A stretch of DNA of 63,944 bases, the filler included, from Octopus bimaculoides (Eukaryota): NCBI RefSeq assembly GCF_001194135.2. It is 10 parts of 9 records of this genome, joined end to end, with 100 filler letters (N's around TTAATTAATTAA, not from the genome) between each part and the next. Parts side by side here need not be neighbours in the genome. Positions count along the whole stretch, not along the records: positions 10,711 to 18,300 come from NC_068984.1; positions 18,401 to 23,835 come from NC_068999.1; positions 23,936 to 26,359 come from NC_068991.1; 7 more parts are not named here. The stretch is one strand, 5' to 3'. Shown here in pieces: positions 13,305-26,010 of the stretch. Numbering within the stretch: the stretch's first letter is position 1; every line of letters starts with the position of its first letter. Both the position numbers and the translations under genes were made by a program. The notes beneath the pieces are model-generated. The model was given only the letters and a program-made list of their open reading frames with translations. It was not told the DNA's origin and made no database searches.

Positions 13305-13516
13305 CAGGGTGTCCACAAAGTCTGGGTACATGGAGTAAATAAAATCATAGCATAAACAATTAAATATAAGAAATAATAATTTCTTAAAGTATGTGTTAAT
13401 CCCCATGTGGATACACGGAGTAAACAAAATCATAACATAAACAATTAAATATAAAAAATAATAATTTCTTAAAGTATGTGTTAATCCCCATGTACCCAAA
13501 CTTTGTGAACACCCTG
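13305..13516. mobile_element. Tc1/mariner-type MITE with TA target duplication and internal 85-bp tandem duplication
   Basis: TA|CAGGGTGTCCACAAAGTCTGGGTACATGG ... CCATGTACCCAAACTTTGTGAACACCCTG|TA. 13324-13408 is repeated at 13409-13493. Confidence 0.9.
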
Positions 13517-15264
13517 TAGAAAGAAATTTTCGTTTCATGATCCATTATATATTTTACTCAAGGGAGGGTATTAAATTAAAGGATCTTGATGTAACGCTCG
13601 ATATATCTACACTGGTTTATTCTTTTCCTTTAATAAAATTAGCAAGAACAGTTTCCATACTAATGTTGATGGAGTGTGTAGCCGATAAATTCAGAAGCTT
13701 TCACTTTGAGAAATTCCACGTACATATATCAATGTATAATTCTAGTCAGTTCTCTAAAGAACTGGAAAGTTCAAAACGAGCATACAAGATGCATATAAAT
13801 GCATTGAACAGCATACACAGCCTTGTACAAAGTAATCTTGCACTACATTTTAATGCCATCAGTACACTTGCATAACTTATGTTTAAATGGAAGGCCAATT
13901 TTCCAAAAAAAAATATTTACTATAGAAATGGAAATATCTTGGGCTGAACAGCAACTGATTTCGAAAAGAATTAAAACCATAGAAGCGAAAAGCATACGTC
14001 ATTTTAATGAAACTTTGCTTCTTTCTCGTGCCTTCACAATTCGGTCCATTGAACGGCTTTCGTTCTCTCGTGTCTTAAAACGTGCACCTTATGTCTGACA
14101 CCACAATGCACGTGTTTTACGTCGAAAAATCGCTATATCAGTCACTAGCACATCGGTCTTGATGGCTTTTGGGCCAAATCTTCTATCTGCTTCAATCGCT
14201 ACTTTTCTGCTAAAATGTTAATTTTCAGGGAGACCTACCATTAAATGTGGATGATGGGCTTTCGTTTAACTAGTTCACTAATCCAGGAACTATTTGTTCA
14301 GCTTTAGTATGTGGGCCCCTGTATATTATTCTTGCCCTCTTGACGATGTTTATGAATATTGCCGAACTGCTTAGTTATGGAGACGTAAACACACCGACAA
14401 CGGTTGTTAAGCAGTGGTGGGGTACAAACACAAACACGAATACACACAAACAAACACACATACACACGCATACACGCACACACAGACACACACACACACA
14501 CAATAAGAAAATGGAGGGGAGTATGTGGTACTCATCAACTTTCAGACATTGTATTATGTCAATTTGCCTGTTTATTTTTCACCTAAGAGGACAGGACAAT
14601 AAAAACAATATACAAACACATATGACATATTATGTCATATCAGTAATAAAAATTAAAAAGGACATCTAGTGACCGAAGAAGGGACAACGTCTTAAAGCTG
14701 TTTCAGCCTAGAGGTGACATGGCAGAAAAAATGTTTGAAATAAAGAAAATTGTGAGAAAATGGGGTGAAGGAAGGGCGGAAGTCTTTCCAAAGTATCTTT
14801 CGCAGAAAACAGCTTCAGGAGTTGTGAAGAAAGAATTTCTAGGTAGTCTGTTTCTGAGAACTGTTCTATTGGAACCTCTGTCTAATCACGTCTTTTAAGG
14901 TACACACACATACATAGAAAATGNNNNNNNNNNNNNNNNNNNNNNNNNNNNNNNNNNNNNNNNNNNNNNNNNNNNNNNNNNNNNNNNNNNNNNNNNNNNN
15001 NNNNNNNNNNNNNNNNNNNNNNNTATGACATTAATACTAATACAAGCATAACGGTTAAAATTCAAATATGCATAGATTAATATATATATATATATTGGAA
15101 CTTACACACAAGGTACAATAAATTTTCATATACACCAGTCTGCTTAAATATTGGAAGTGAAAATATAATTTTCTTACGTATCTCAATTCTCGTTTCATTC
15201 CATCTCCTCCCTCTGTATTTCATATCTTCTCTACAATAATTATTACTTAAACATTTTCTTGCAC

Positions 15265-15313
15265 TTTCTCTGATGATGTGATATATAAAATATCCCGGAA
15301 ACAGCTGTAAGAC
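15265..15313 (+). ncRNA. Minimal (Penelope-type) hammerhead ribozyme motif, degenerate
   Basis: CTGATGA (15270-15276), imperfect helix II TGTGATAT/ATATCCCG, GAAA (15298-15301), palindromic CAGCTG, TA, then AGAC. Helix I has a mismatch. Confidence 0.5.
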
Positions 15314-17819
15314 ATTATGTTTATAGATGCTCTGTAAACTATACACAGTCTTCGATTTTTTAATCTTTTTTCTGTTGATATATATATTTATTGTCAATCT
15401 GTGTGATGTGTGGGCGTGATTACTTGCTTGTTACGAGAGGTTAATCAGTTTAATGTGGGTGTATGTTTTATCGGCTTCATAAAAGATACGCAGCTGTATA
15501 TTTTGAAATTATGTGTCAATAATGGAGGACCTCAGTTTTAACAGTCTTTACTGTTCGTCTTAAGATCGAAATGTGCTAAATATAAGAAACACAAGATGAA
15601 AAATAATATAGTATGTACTTATGGATGCGTTGTCAGAAATGGTAGATGTTCTTCAATTGCTCTCTTTCTTATTCTCGTTTTCTATATTTTCCTTCTGTTT
15701 GTCTCTGTCGCCTAATATAATTTGTTTTTCTTTTAGAAGACTACAAAATGTATTCTGTCCACTTTGAAAGAAATGTGTAATTGATTATCAAAAACTATGG
15801 CGAATTCAGACCAGTTGATAAGTAATAATGGATATCATTTAAGGTAACAGCATGCAAACCGATATTATTTCTAAATTATTTAAGGTGGTTAACTGGCAGA
15901 ATCATTTCCACGCCAGACAAAATGTTATCCGGCATTTCTTCGAACATTATCTTCTGAGTTCAAATGCCACAGAGGTTTACTTCAGTTTGCATCTTTTCGG
16001 AGTCGATAAAATAAGTACCCCTCGAAATTGGTAGCCCTGTGCCAAAATTTGAAACTATTATTATTATCATTAAGTCAGTGAACTGGCTGAATCATTACCG
16101 CGCCAGACAAGATGCTTTCCGGCATTTCTTCCTACATTTCTTCCGACATTACGTACTGAGTTCAAATACCACCGAGGTCAACTTTGATTCTGATCCTTCG
16201 GGGTCGATAAAATAAATACCAGTTGAGTACTGGGGATCGACGTAATCGACTTCTCCTCCCTCAAATTTACTGGCCTTGTACCAACATAAGAAAAGATATT
16301 TCTAAATTATAATGATCGCAAACATAGCTCAGTGGTTCAGTAATTCACTTCACAATTATTACATTACGGTTTCAGTTCGACTTGATGGTGTAATACGGTG
16401 GTGCTTTTACCACAAACTAGAATCAATTTCATGGTAGCTTTGTGAATAAAAGTGGGCAAAAGGGAAACAAATACAACAGGACTGGCTTTTGAATTAGCTA
16501 TGCAGGCCATCCATCAGATGGATTGTATACCTATATCTTGTTGGGCTGATTCTGCTCGATAATTGCTTTTACAGTACACATGTCTGTGGAATATTCAGTC
16601 ACTTACAACATAACCTGATGGAAAGGCAATTCAGTTGATTGGACAACTCTAAGTCATCTGCTAGCGTATTGCGTGGGAAACTTTTTTGATAGAGAAAAAT
16701 GCTATTATAGTTATTCGTAAAATTAATTTCGACTTTAGAAAGTATTTTTACAATATTCATATCTAAATTTCGTTTCAACTGATTTACTATTTTTGCCAGC
16801 AGCTAACCAATATGGTCCTCCTTTTTGTATCTATTATTTGCTCAGTGCCTTCTTTACCTTTAGGGTTTCGTCACTCAGCATAGAAGTAAGCTATTTTGTG
16901 TTCGGTGCCTTTTGGTGAGTGTGTTGGCGCGGAAGTTTATTATTTCATTCAGGAGAGTTTACTACAGTCCGATCGCGGGCTATAAAACAGAATTTTTAAG
17001 CTCAGAACTAACAACCTAACTATCCTACCAAATCATCAACTGGGACTAGTTGCTTACTTATCGACAACCAAAATGATAAAAAGTTAAGGGGATCACGGTG
17101 GGATTTGACCTCAGATTGCAGAGAACCACAACAAATACCCACAAGATATTCAATACCTGTGCTCTAACGATTCTATTTACTCGCCGATTCAATGGACAAC
17201 GACAGTATTCCTTTTAGTTGAGAATGTACCAACTTTTAATCCAGAGAAAAGCTGCACTGGCCAGTATGGTCCTAGATTCTTCAGTGAATCTCAAAATAAG
17301 ATGGAACGTCGCAACTGTTTAGAGGCTGAACATCATTAGTAACAAAAACAACAGCAGCAACAGCAGCAATAACAACAGCTGAGTGGGTGGTACATAGGTC
17401 ATATAACAGATAATCAGTATGTATCCAACCAACAATAATATTTCCGTTGGGTTCTTGACATAGCTAACATGTGTTCTAACATCTTACTTGTTCTAATCTT
17501 TTCAATTCATTACACGTAGGCTACATATGAAGATGGAACAAATATGAGAGAGAAAGAGAGAGAGGGTGTCAGAGAGAAGGAGAAGTAAGAGAGAGAGAGA
17601 GAGCGGATTTGAGAAGGGAGAAGGTATAAAAGATTGATATGAAATATATAAATGAATAATAGAAAGAAATGAAAACGATGAGAACGAGAAGAATACAGAG
17701 AAAAGGGAAACAAAAAGAAGGAAAGAAAGCAAGAGTTTCTAGAAACTTGATAAGCAAGTGTTGACATTACACTAGTAACTTGATGATAGTGTCATATTAT
17801 CACATTTATTTAATAAATG

Positions 17820-17969
17820 ATTTCGGAAAATATTCCTGATATGATTGTCGTATCGCATTGAATATTTGTCTCTTCAAATAAAAGCCAACGTTTCTGAGGG
17901 CTTTTGATGGTGTACGTTGCGTGGCAAAAATCGTTTCGATATATTTCATATTCACAAAGTCGGGTAAGT
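17820..17969 (+). promoter_or_regulatory. Candidate HCCS promoter / first exon ending at a consensus donor
   Basis: Locally CpG-enriched stretch ending in CGG|GTAAGT (GT at 17964-17965), upstream of the HCCS exons and before the unsized gap at 18301-18400. The link to HCCS is inferred. Confidence 0.4.
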
Positions 17970-18400
17970 GTGGATGTCGAGGCAAGATAAGTATGTGGAA
18001 TTTTAGGACGAAATCGTTCATCGTGAACAGGTCATAAAGGTTGTCAGTCACACAGAGAAAACAGCTGTATTTTCTCCGCTGACATACTACGACGAAGTCT
18101 CCAAGATGCAGATAAGATAGAGATTTTTATTTATTTACGGCCTCAAACATCTCATACCTTTCGCGCTTTAGTCTGCCCTCTATTATTTATCTTGTTTCTC
18201 TCCATGAAATTCAATTGAATTCAGTTTTTGTCTTAAATTCATACTTATTCATTTTCTAAGCTTCCTAAATTCATGCTACGTATATATTCTATTCACCTAG
18301 NNNNNNNNNNNNNNNNNNNNNNNNNNNNNNNNNNNNNNNNNNNNTTAATTAATTAANNNNNNNNNNNNNNNNNNNNNNNNNNNNNNNNNNNNNNNNNNNN

Positions 18401-18749
18401 GTTTTAGCTAGGTTGACTCTAAGGCCCTTCAATTCTAGACCTTGCTTCCACACCCAAACTGCATCTCATCTAAATTGATTCGCTCCCTAATTAGTTGGGC
18501 TATGACCCTCTCTGTAACTTTCATAACCTGATCTAACAGCTTGATGCCTCTGTAATTATTTGTATCTAAAGCGTCACCTTTACCTTTGTAGCAGTTGACT
18601 ATGATGCTGTTACACCAGTCATTGGGTATGACTCCTTCGTGTATCACCTGGTTCGTAATACGGGTGACTAGGCTATAGCCAACACTGCCAGATATTTTGA
18701 GCATCTCTGCAGTGATTCCTGATGGGCCGGGGGCTTTCCCGGTCTTCAG
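18401..18749 (-). mobile_element. RTE-clade LINE reverse-transcriptase fragment, internally deleted
   Basis: LKTGKAPGPSGITAEMLK...IPNDWCNSIIVNCYKGKGDALDTNNYRGIKLL...LDEMQFG is joined directly to the downstream motif QGLELKGLRVNLAKT, so the YADD core is absent. Confidence 0.85.
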
Positions 18750-20319
18750 GACAACAAAACCCAAGGCAGAATAAGTATTTCAAGTAATTTAGCATCTTTA
18801 ATTAGAGTACGGTGAATTACTCCATACCATCTGCAAGAAGATGGGCTGTGAACTTCATTCCCCTCTCTGTATTTGGCTGTTTTACTCTTTATTCTTCTGT
18901 ATTTTACTCCTTTATGCACTGAATTCTCTGTTTAGAACTTCCTTCCATACTTACCTTGTATCTGATGACAATACTCAGTGTATGGAGATGCTAACCTATC
19001 AATTGCGATATCCCAGGAATAGCTGTAAGACCTTCAATAATTAATTAATTGCTTTAAATTCACTTTACTCTAATTAAATATTCAAAATGACTTGAGATAC
19101 ACGTCCTGCCTTGGTTTTGTTGTCCTTTTTCCTCTAATGTGTGTGTGTGTGTGCATTTGTGCACACTGCATGCACATTATAACTGAAGGACTAATTTCCT
19201 GTTATTTGTTTCTGGTCATCAGCTGGTAAACTGAACCTTCTTTTTCTTTTGTGATATTCACTTTTGGAATAAGGCAGCAAGCGGGCAGAAACGTTAGCAT
19301 GCTGGGTGAAATGCTTAGTGGTATTTTGTCTTTATGTTCTGAGTTCAAATTCCGCCGAGGTCGACTTTGCATTTCATGCTTTTGGGGGTCAACAATTTAA
19401 GTACCTGTTGTGCACTGGGTTAATCTAATCGACTGGCTCCCTCCTCCAAAATTTCAGGCATTGTGCCTCGAGTAGAAAAGAATACTCACTGCTGGAATAT
19501 TGTTTTGAAATGCAAAATGATGATTGGAAATGAGTAACTCACAGTATTGGATATTGGAAACTTTCACTTATAATGTAGTACAGAATCCTCTATGTTTGCA
19601 TTGAATTCTGTAATTCATTGCTTCTGGCAAATCAACACGCACACATATACACTCATAATCTTTTTCTTGCTTCAGTCACTGGACGGTGGCTATGCTGGGG
19701 ACAGCACCTGGAAAGGTTTAGTCAAACAAATTGATCTCTGTCCTTTTCTTTTTATTAAACCTGGTACTTATTCTATCAAACCCTTTGTTACAGAACTGCT
19801 AAGTTACAAGGATGTAAACAAAAGGGCACTGGTTGTCAAACAGCATAGGGGATGAACACAAACAATAACACACACACATACACATGCACATATATGGAGG
19901 GCTTCTTTTAGTTTCTCTCTATCAAATCCAGGTTGATTCTGGGCTATATTGCTTGTCTGTGCAGTAGGACTGGCCATAGAGCCATGTGGTTAGGAAGCAA
20001 ACTTTACAATACACACACACATATTTGCTTTGAGTTATTTAAATGCTGACGATACATCCAAAATGTTGATACACTTGTGTTTATCATCATAAATGTATGT
20101 TTGGTGCAAATTTATAAAAATAAGATCTAAGACTTTGGAAAATATTTTTTATGTTTTTCTTCTTCCTCCGCATCACTGTTTTAACGTCCACTTTTTCATG
20201 CTTGCATTGGCCAGATGCAATTCAAGTAAATTTTCTATGACCAGATGCCCTTCCTGCCATTCTCTATCTCTCCCTATCTTTCAGTTATTGTTATCATTCC
20301 TTAATTTTATTTCTTTCAG

Positions 20320-20403
20320 TTACTGTGATACACCCAAGTTGAAGAAATTTGGTGGCAAGGCTACAGAATATTCTCCAAGAGCAAGAATACGGCAGCTTCT
20401 TGG
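20320..20403 (+). CDS. HCCS: Holocytochrome c synthase, penultimate coding exon (phase 2-2)
   Basis: Acceptor TTTCTTTCAG and donor GG|GTATGT. Encodes YCDTPKLKKFGGKATEYSPRARIRQLL(G), matching the HCCS motif FGGKA.EYSPRARIR. Confidence 0.93.
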
Positions 20404-21533
20404 GTATGTTTGTGACTTTTGTCACAGCTTCATTTAGGTGTTGATAAGAACTTTTTGTGTATTTGTTTGTTTGTCTTTATCTTTCAGTGTGTGTGAGGTA
20501 TTTTACCAGCCTTTATCTATGTATGCTTGTAGGTAGCAATGATATACTGAGATTTATTCAATCTACTATAAGCCATTCTGCAGATTTGTAGGGTTTACTG
20601 CAAAGTGAAAATTCTTATCAATTATTGAATTGATTAACCCCCACCACCCCTCCTACTGGAATTTCTGGACTTGTTCTTGTGTTAGAAACGGGTGATTGAT
20701 ATCAGCAGAATCATTAGAGCACTGGATGTAATTCCTCCTGGTATTTGTTCTGGCTCTTCCTGTATTGAAATCCCACTGAGGTTAATTTTTGCTTTTCATC
20801 CTTTCAGATTTGATTAAAATACCTGTCAAGTGTGTTGTGTGTTTGTGTTTGACTTGATAAAATAAATACCAGTTGAACACTGAGGTAATTTACTAGCTAC
20901 CCACTCCCCATATTTCAGGCCTTGTACCTATAACAGAAATAATTATTGTCATCATAAGGATGGTAAGGTAGCAAGATCGTTAGCATATCAATCAAAATGC
21001 CTTGTGATATTTATTGCAATTTTTGCATTAAAATCCCGTTGAGGTCAGCTTTGTCTTTCGCTTGATAAAAATAAATTTACCAGTCAAGTATTAAGATCAG
21101 GTTAAATGGATTAACTCAGGTTAAATGGATTAACTCTCACTGTGAAGATTACTGACTGGCAGGCTGGCAGAATCATTACATGCCAGGCAAAATGCTTACA
21201 AGCATTTCGTCTGTCTTAAGTTCAAAATCTGTTGAGGTTCAGTTTGCCTTTCATCCTTACCGGGTTGAAACTAACTACCTGTTGAACCCTGGGATCGATG
21301 CAATTGACTAGGTAGAAAGAATTATTTTTATTATGGTGGTGAGTTGGCAAAATTGTTACTGCTCTGGACATTTCTTCTGAGCTCAAATGCCACTGAGGTT
21401 CCTTTCAGGGTCAGTGAAGTCAGTACCAATCAAATACTGTAATCAGCTCCTCCCCCCTCTCCCCACAAAAGCTGCTGACCCTGTGCCAAAATGTGAAACT
21501 ATTTTTATCATTATTATTTATTTACTCTTTCAG

Positions 21534-21843
21534 CTATCCACTGCCATTTGATCGTCATGACTGGATAGTTGACCGATGTGGTCGAGACGTACGTTACATT
21601 ATTGACTACTATGATGGTGGACAAGTGGATATGACAAACTTCCAGTTCACAATTCTGGATGTGAGGCCAGCATTTGACTCATGGAGTGCATGCTGGGACA
21701 GGATGCGAGCATCAATGCTGCGGTGGGCTGCCTCGTACATGCCCAAGGATCAACAGAACATTGAAACTGGCTCTGTACCTCACATCCAGCCAGGATCTAC
21801 ACAAGACTCTTCTTCTTCACCTTCTTCTGGAAACGCCAGTTGA
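21534..21843 (+). CDS. HCCS: Holocytochrome c synthase, last coding exon
   Basis: Acceptor TTTACTCTTTCAG. The GG|C junction restores [30 protein letters not shown]...[21 protein letters not shown]. Stop TGA at 21841-21843. Confidence 0.96.
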
Positions 21844-21926
21844 GAATATTTTCGCTTTAAAAATTGACAGAAACAAAGTAGGGTTTTTTTTTTATAATTT
21901 AATTTTTTTTTTACATTAAGTTGATT

Positions 21927-21932
21927 AATAAA
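21927..21932 (+). terminator. Candidate polyadenylation signal of HCCS
   Basis: AATAAA 84 nt after the stop, followed by T-rich sequence. AT-rich context makes a chance occurrence possible. Confidence 0.45.
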
Positions 21933-22078
21933 TTATAATTATAAATTATCCTTGTCCAGCTTATCTTTGACTTTTCCTCTTTTACCCCGTCCTCTTTTTA
22001 TTTTTCATATGTGGAAAACGTTGTAGTTTAAAGAAGGAAAACTATTGTTGACACCATTTGCAGACCTCCCCTCTCCCT

Positions 22079-22116
<38 letters not shown>

Positions 22117-23757
22117 TTGATGTTTGGATCCTATGCTGTCTTAAGCTGGAGAGTTTTACAGGATCCAGTGAGACAGAGGACAACACTGAGCTTCAATATC
22201 TGTTGAGCATGGTTTCTTTGGCTGAATGTCTTCCCTGATGCCAATCATTTTTACAGAATCTATTGGGTGCTTTTTTCTTTGGTACCACCACAAATAACAT
22301 CACTAAGTGACTAAGTAACTCCCCAAAAACAAGATCTCTATCCTGAATAGGGGAGCAGGTATAGTTTTGAGAGAGGAGGCTTTGTGCCAGGTGTTGAGAG
22401 GTTGAAGTAGGAATTGATGTCTTACTGTAGAAGAGATGCATGACTAGCCCAACAGGAAAGAGAGAAACGATGGTGGAGATGAGGGATCAGAGTGTACCCT
22501 CAAGGTAGGAGCAGATGGATGGATATAAGAGAGGGAATATGGAAAGAATTGGAAAAAAACCTGTGGGTCAATAAGTTCACAAGAGTGTGAAAGGAGAGCA
22601 ACATGGTTTAAGATGGGGAAAGAGATGAATAGGGAATATCGGTGGAGAGATAGGGTCAAAAGAGAATAACAGTGGGTCAAGGAGGAAGTGATAGGTGGCA
22701 GCCCATAAAGAGGAGAAATAAATCAGAAATAGGGAAGTAATGTAAAGTGGTAGAGCAGTGAAAGCCTTAAACCATTGATATAATAGAATTAATTAACATA
22801 TATTTAGTAATTCATCGATTTGAAAAAACTGCAGTTGAGATTATTTAGACAATTGATGGACAAAAATCCCCTCTTGATGTATTTAAATAAAACTTAAAGC
22901 AAAGGAAATAACCAGAATAAGATCAATTGATTTAGTTTTTAGACAATATAGATTATAGCCATTGCAGATAAGAGTGCATCTAGTCCTTAAAAACCATCTG
23001 ATGAAAGCATGTTTGGTTTTAATTTTCAAACAGCTCTAGAGGGAGTTCTTGTCACCTAATAGCTTGGATAATCTCACTTGATCAAGGTTTTTCAACTCAT
23101 TTTATTACGTGCGTGAAACGCCTGCCATATTAATTTTCATATTCATAGCTGTGTCAGTTTCTCAGCCATGTGAGAGCTTCAAGCTCCTGAAGATTGCAGA
23201 AGTGCGAAACTCAAGTTGCAAGACAATGTTTCACTTTCAGTAAAAAAAAGCATATCCTTTGCATGTATTGAGCACTCCTCTTTAATTTTTAAGGTCTGTA
23301 ATTCTTCATCAATTATCGACCTTTCGCACCTTTAACGATAAGACTGTTTCCTAATTGGCAGTCTCCACTGGATAATTTCTATCTTTTCTCTTTTCAAAGA
23401 AAATATTTCTCCCAGCATTCATTATTTTCCTCTCATTCTGGTCTAATGACCCTCCATGTTTGTTTTCGTTTGGTTTCCTTGTATGTCTCCACTGTTCTGT
23501 TTTTGTTCCCAACTTTGACCCTCCATAAATCCAAAATTTTATTTTGAAATTTATGGGAACAACTATCTTTGAAGACTCATATTGCCATTGAATGCTTGGA
23601 ATGAGGAGTAGATAGACAGCCGACAACTAATGAAGGGTCGTTCCATGCATTTACTTGTCCTGTCTTCCATTTTTTTCTCTCGTTTGCGTATTTAACGCGT
23701 TTGTCTTCGTACTTTTGTTGTTTACAAAGTTGGTGACGTCCTGTACTCATATATGCA

Positions 23758-23790
<33 letters not shown>

Positions 23791-23960
23791 TATTTGTATT
23801 ATCTACTCATATACTTGCATATAAATGTTATTTATNNNNNNNNNNNNNNNNNNNNNNNNNNNNNNNNNNNNNNNNNNNNTTAATTAATTAANNNNNNNNN
23901 NNNNNNNNNNNNNNNNNNNNNNNNNNNNNNNNNNNACCTATTGAATTCTTGTTGCTTATC

Positions 23961-24018
<58 letters not shown>

Positions 24019-24020
24019 TA

Positions 24021-24612
24021 TAAAGTAGTTGTATGCTGTCAACTTAATGTGACAGTCCCACGAAAGGAATAATACTACTGCTATTTAGTCCTAAGAAGCA
24101 TCACCTCCACCCAGCTAAGCCTGCATCGAGAGACTAGTTTCTGAGTCATTGCTCATCTTCAGTCTGGAGTAGCATGGCTTGCTAGTTGGAGATGCCTATC
24201 TAGACCTTGTGAACATATAATTATTTTAGTGAAATACATTCACTGATTTCAAAAATAGAAATAATACATTTCTAAATCTCTCAGAGAGATTTATGCAGTA
24301 GTGATACGATAAAGTAGTTGTATGCTGTCAACTTAATGTGACAGTCCCATGAAGGGAATAATACTACTGCAATTAATGACTCAGAAACTAGTCTCTCGAT
24401 GAAGGCTTAGCTGGGTGGAGGTGTTTATCTCCCCCTTGTAAACATAAGGACACAGGAAATGTGTCAAGGCTGACAGGAAGCAGTACTGCTTCCTAAGGCT
24501 AAATAGCAGTAGTATTATTCCCTTCATGGAACTGTCACATTAAGTTGACAGCATACAACTACTTTATCGTATAACTACTGCATAAATCTCTCTGAGAGAT
24601 TTAGAAATGTAT
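24021..24612. repeat. Nested inverted/direct repeat (foldback-like element)
   Basis: 24264-24370 inverts 24506-24612, 24021-24100 inverts 24487-24566, 24102-24150 inverts 24375-24423, and 24021-24081 is a direct repeat of 24310-24370. Confidence 0.85.
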
Positions 24613-25384
24613 CTATACTATAAAAGGCAGATTTTCTCTGTGTGTGTGTATGTTTAAAATTCATACATTTACACAATTCATACATTTACACAATTCAAAA
24701 TTTCTTGGATTAAAGAATCGCAATTAATATTCTAAATACAATTTGTTAGGTCACTGCGTCATTTTTTCACTTCAAAAAATTCCTAATAATGAATAAAATC
24801 CATAAAACTACAGAAGTAAACATTTTCTCCCTAATAAAATCTAATTTCCTCTTTNNNNNNNNNNNNNNNNNNNNNNNNNNNNNNNNNNNNNNNNNNNNNN
24901 NNNNNNNNNNNNNNNNNNNNNNNNNNNNNNNNNNNNNNNNNNNNNNNNNNNNNNNNNNNNNNNNNNNNNNNNNNNNNNNNNNNNNNNNNNNNNNNNNNNN
25001 NNNNNNNNNNNNNNNNNNNNNNNNNNNNNNNNNNNNNNNNNNNNNNNNNNNNNNNNNNNNNNNNNNNNNNNNNNNNNNNNNNNNNNNNNNNNNNNNNNNN
25101 NNNNNNNNNNNNNNNNNNNNNNNNNNNNNNNNNNNNNNNNNNNNNNNNNNNNNNNNNNNNNNNNNNNNNNNNNNNNNNNNNNNNNNNNNNNNNNNNNNNN
25201 NNNNNNNNNNNNNNNNNNNNNNNNNNNNNNNNNNNNNNNNNNNNNNNNNNNNNNNNNNNNNNNNNNNNNNNNNNNNNNNNNNNNNNNNNNNNNNNNNNNN
25301 NNNNNNNNNNNNNNNNNNNTTAGTTGTGGGTTGGGACTTTCATCGGCAGAGGTCATTATTATTACGACCATATATATATACACA

Positions 25385-25583
25385 CAGAGCGGGTGACACG
25401 TAAAAGCACCCACTACACTCTCTGAGTGGTTGGCGTTAGGAAGGGCATCCAGCTGTAGAAACTCTGCCAAATCAGACTGGAGCCTGGTGTTGCCATCCGG
25501 TTTCACCAGTCCTCAGTCAAATCGTCCAACCCATGCTAGCATGGAAAGCGGACGTTAAACGATGATGATGATGATGATGATGA
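25385..25583 (+). mobile_element. LINE/SINE 3'-end family ending in (GAT)n (RTE-like tail)
   Basis: GAGTGGTTGGCGTTAGGAAGGGCATCCAGCTGTAGAAAC...CATGCTAGCATGGAAAGCGGACGTTAAAC(GAT)n. Relatives at 45782-46060, 50750-50910, 51630-51790, 52560-52710, 56490-56690, 61560-61650. Confidence 0.75.
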
Positions 25584-25911
25584 ATGCACATTAATACACA
25601 CATACATACAAATACCTATCATTCTTTTTTATTTAGTGTGTGTGTGTGTGTGTGTTGCCCATCTTAATATATAATGCTGAAGTTCTGTATCTGTGTGAAG
25701 TCTATTTCAAAGTTTATAGAAATCCACATTTTCCACTTTTTCGTCCTAGCCCTAACACTGTAGTGAACATCGTGCTGCTGTTAATCTGAAAATTTAACAA
25801 TCTTTTTTAAAACACTTTTACTTATTAACATTTTTTTATTTAGTGTGTATTGCCCATATATATATATACACTTAAGACTTAGTTGTGGGTTGGGAATTTG
25901 ATCAGCAGACG

Positions 25912-25943
<32 letters not shown>

Positions 25944-26010
25944 TTAAATTTTTCCGACAAGGGCAGCTTTGGGAAGGTGGTGAATAGTCAATTATATCGA
26001 CCCCTATGTC

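Noticed and set aside
13537-14098. 112-aa and 91-aa + strand ORFs
   Set aside because: No motif, no convincing splice sites, and no similarity I can recognise.
17806-18051. 81-aa minus-strand ORF (MTDNLYDLF...)
   Set aside because: GTG start, no recognisable homology, and it overlaps the CpG-rich candidate HCCS first exon on the other strand.
23351-23626. 91-aa minus-strand ORF as a possible ABCB8 last exon
   Set aside because: It lacks any ABC NBD or C-terminal motif (e.g. G.H.EL....G.Y..L) and has no clear acceptor.
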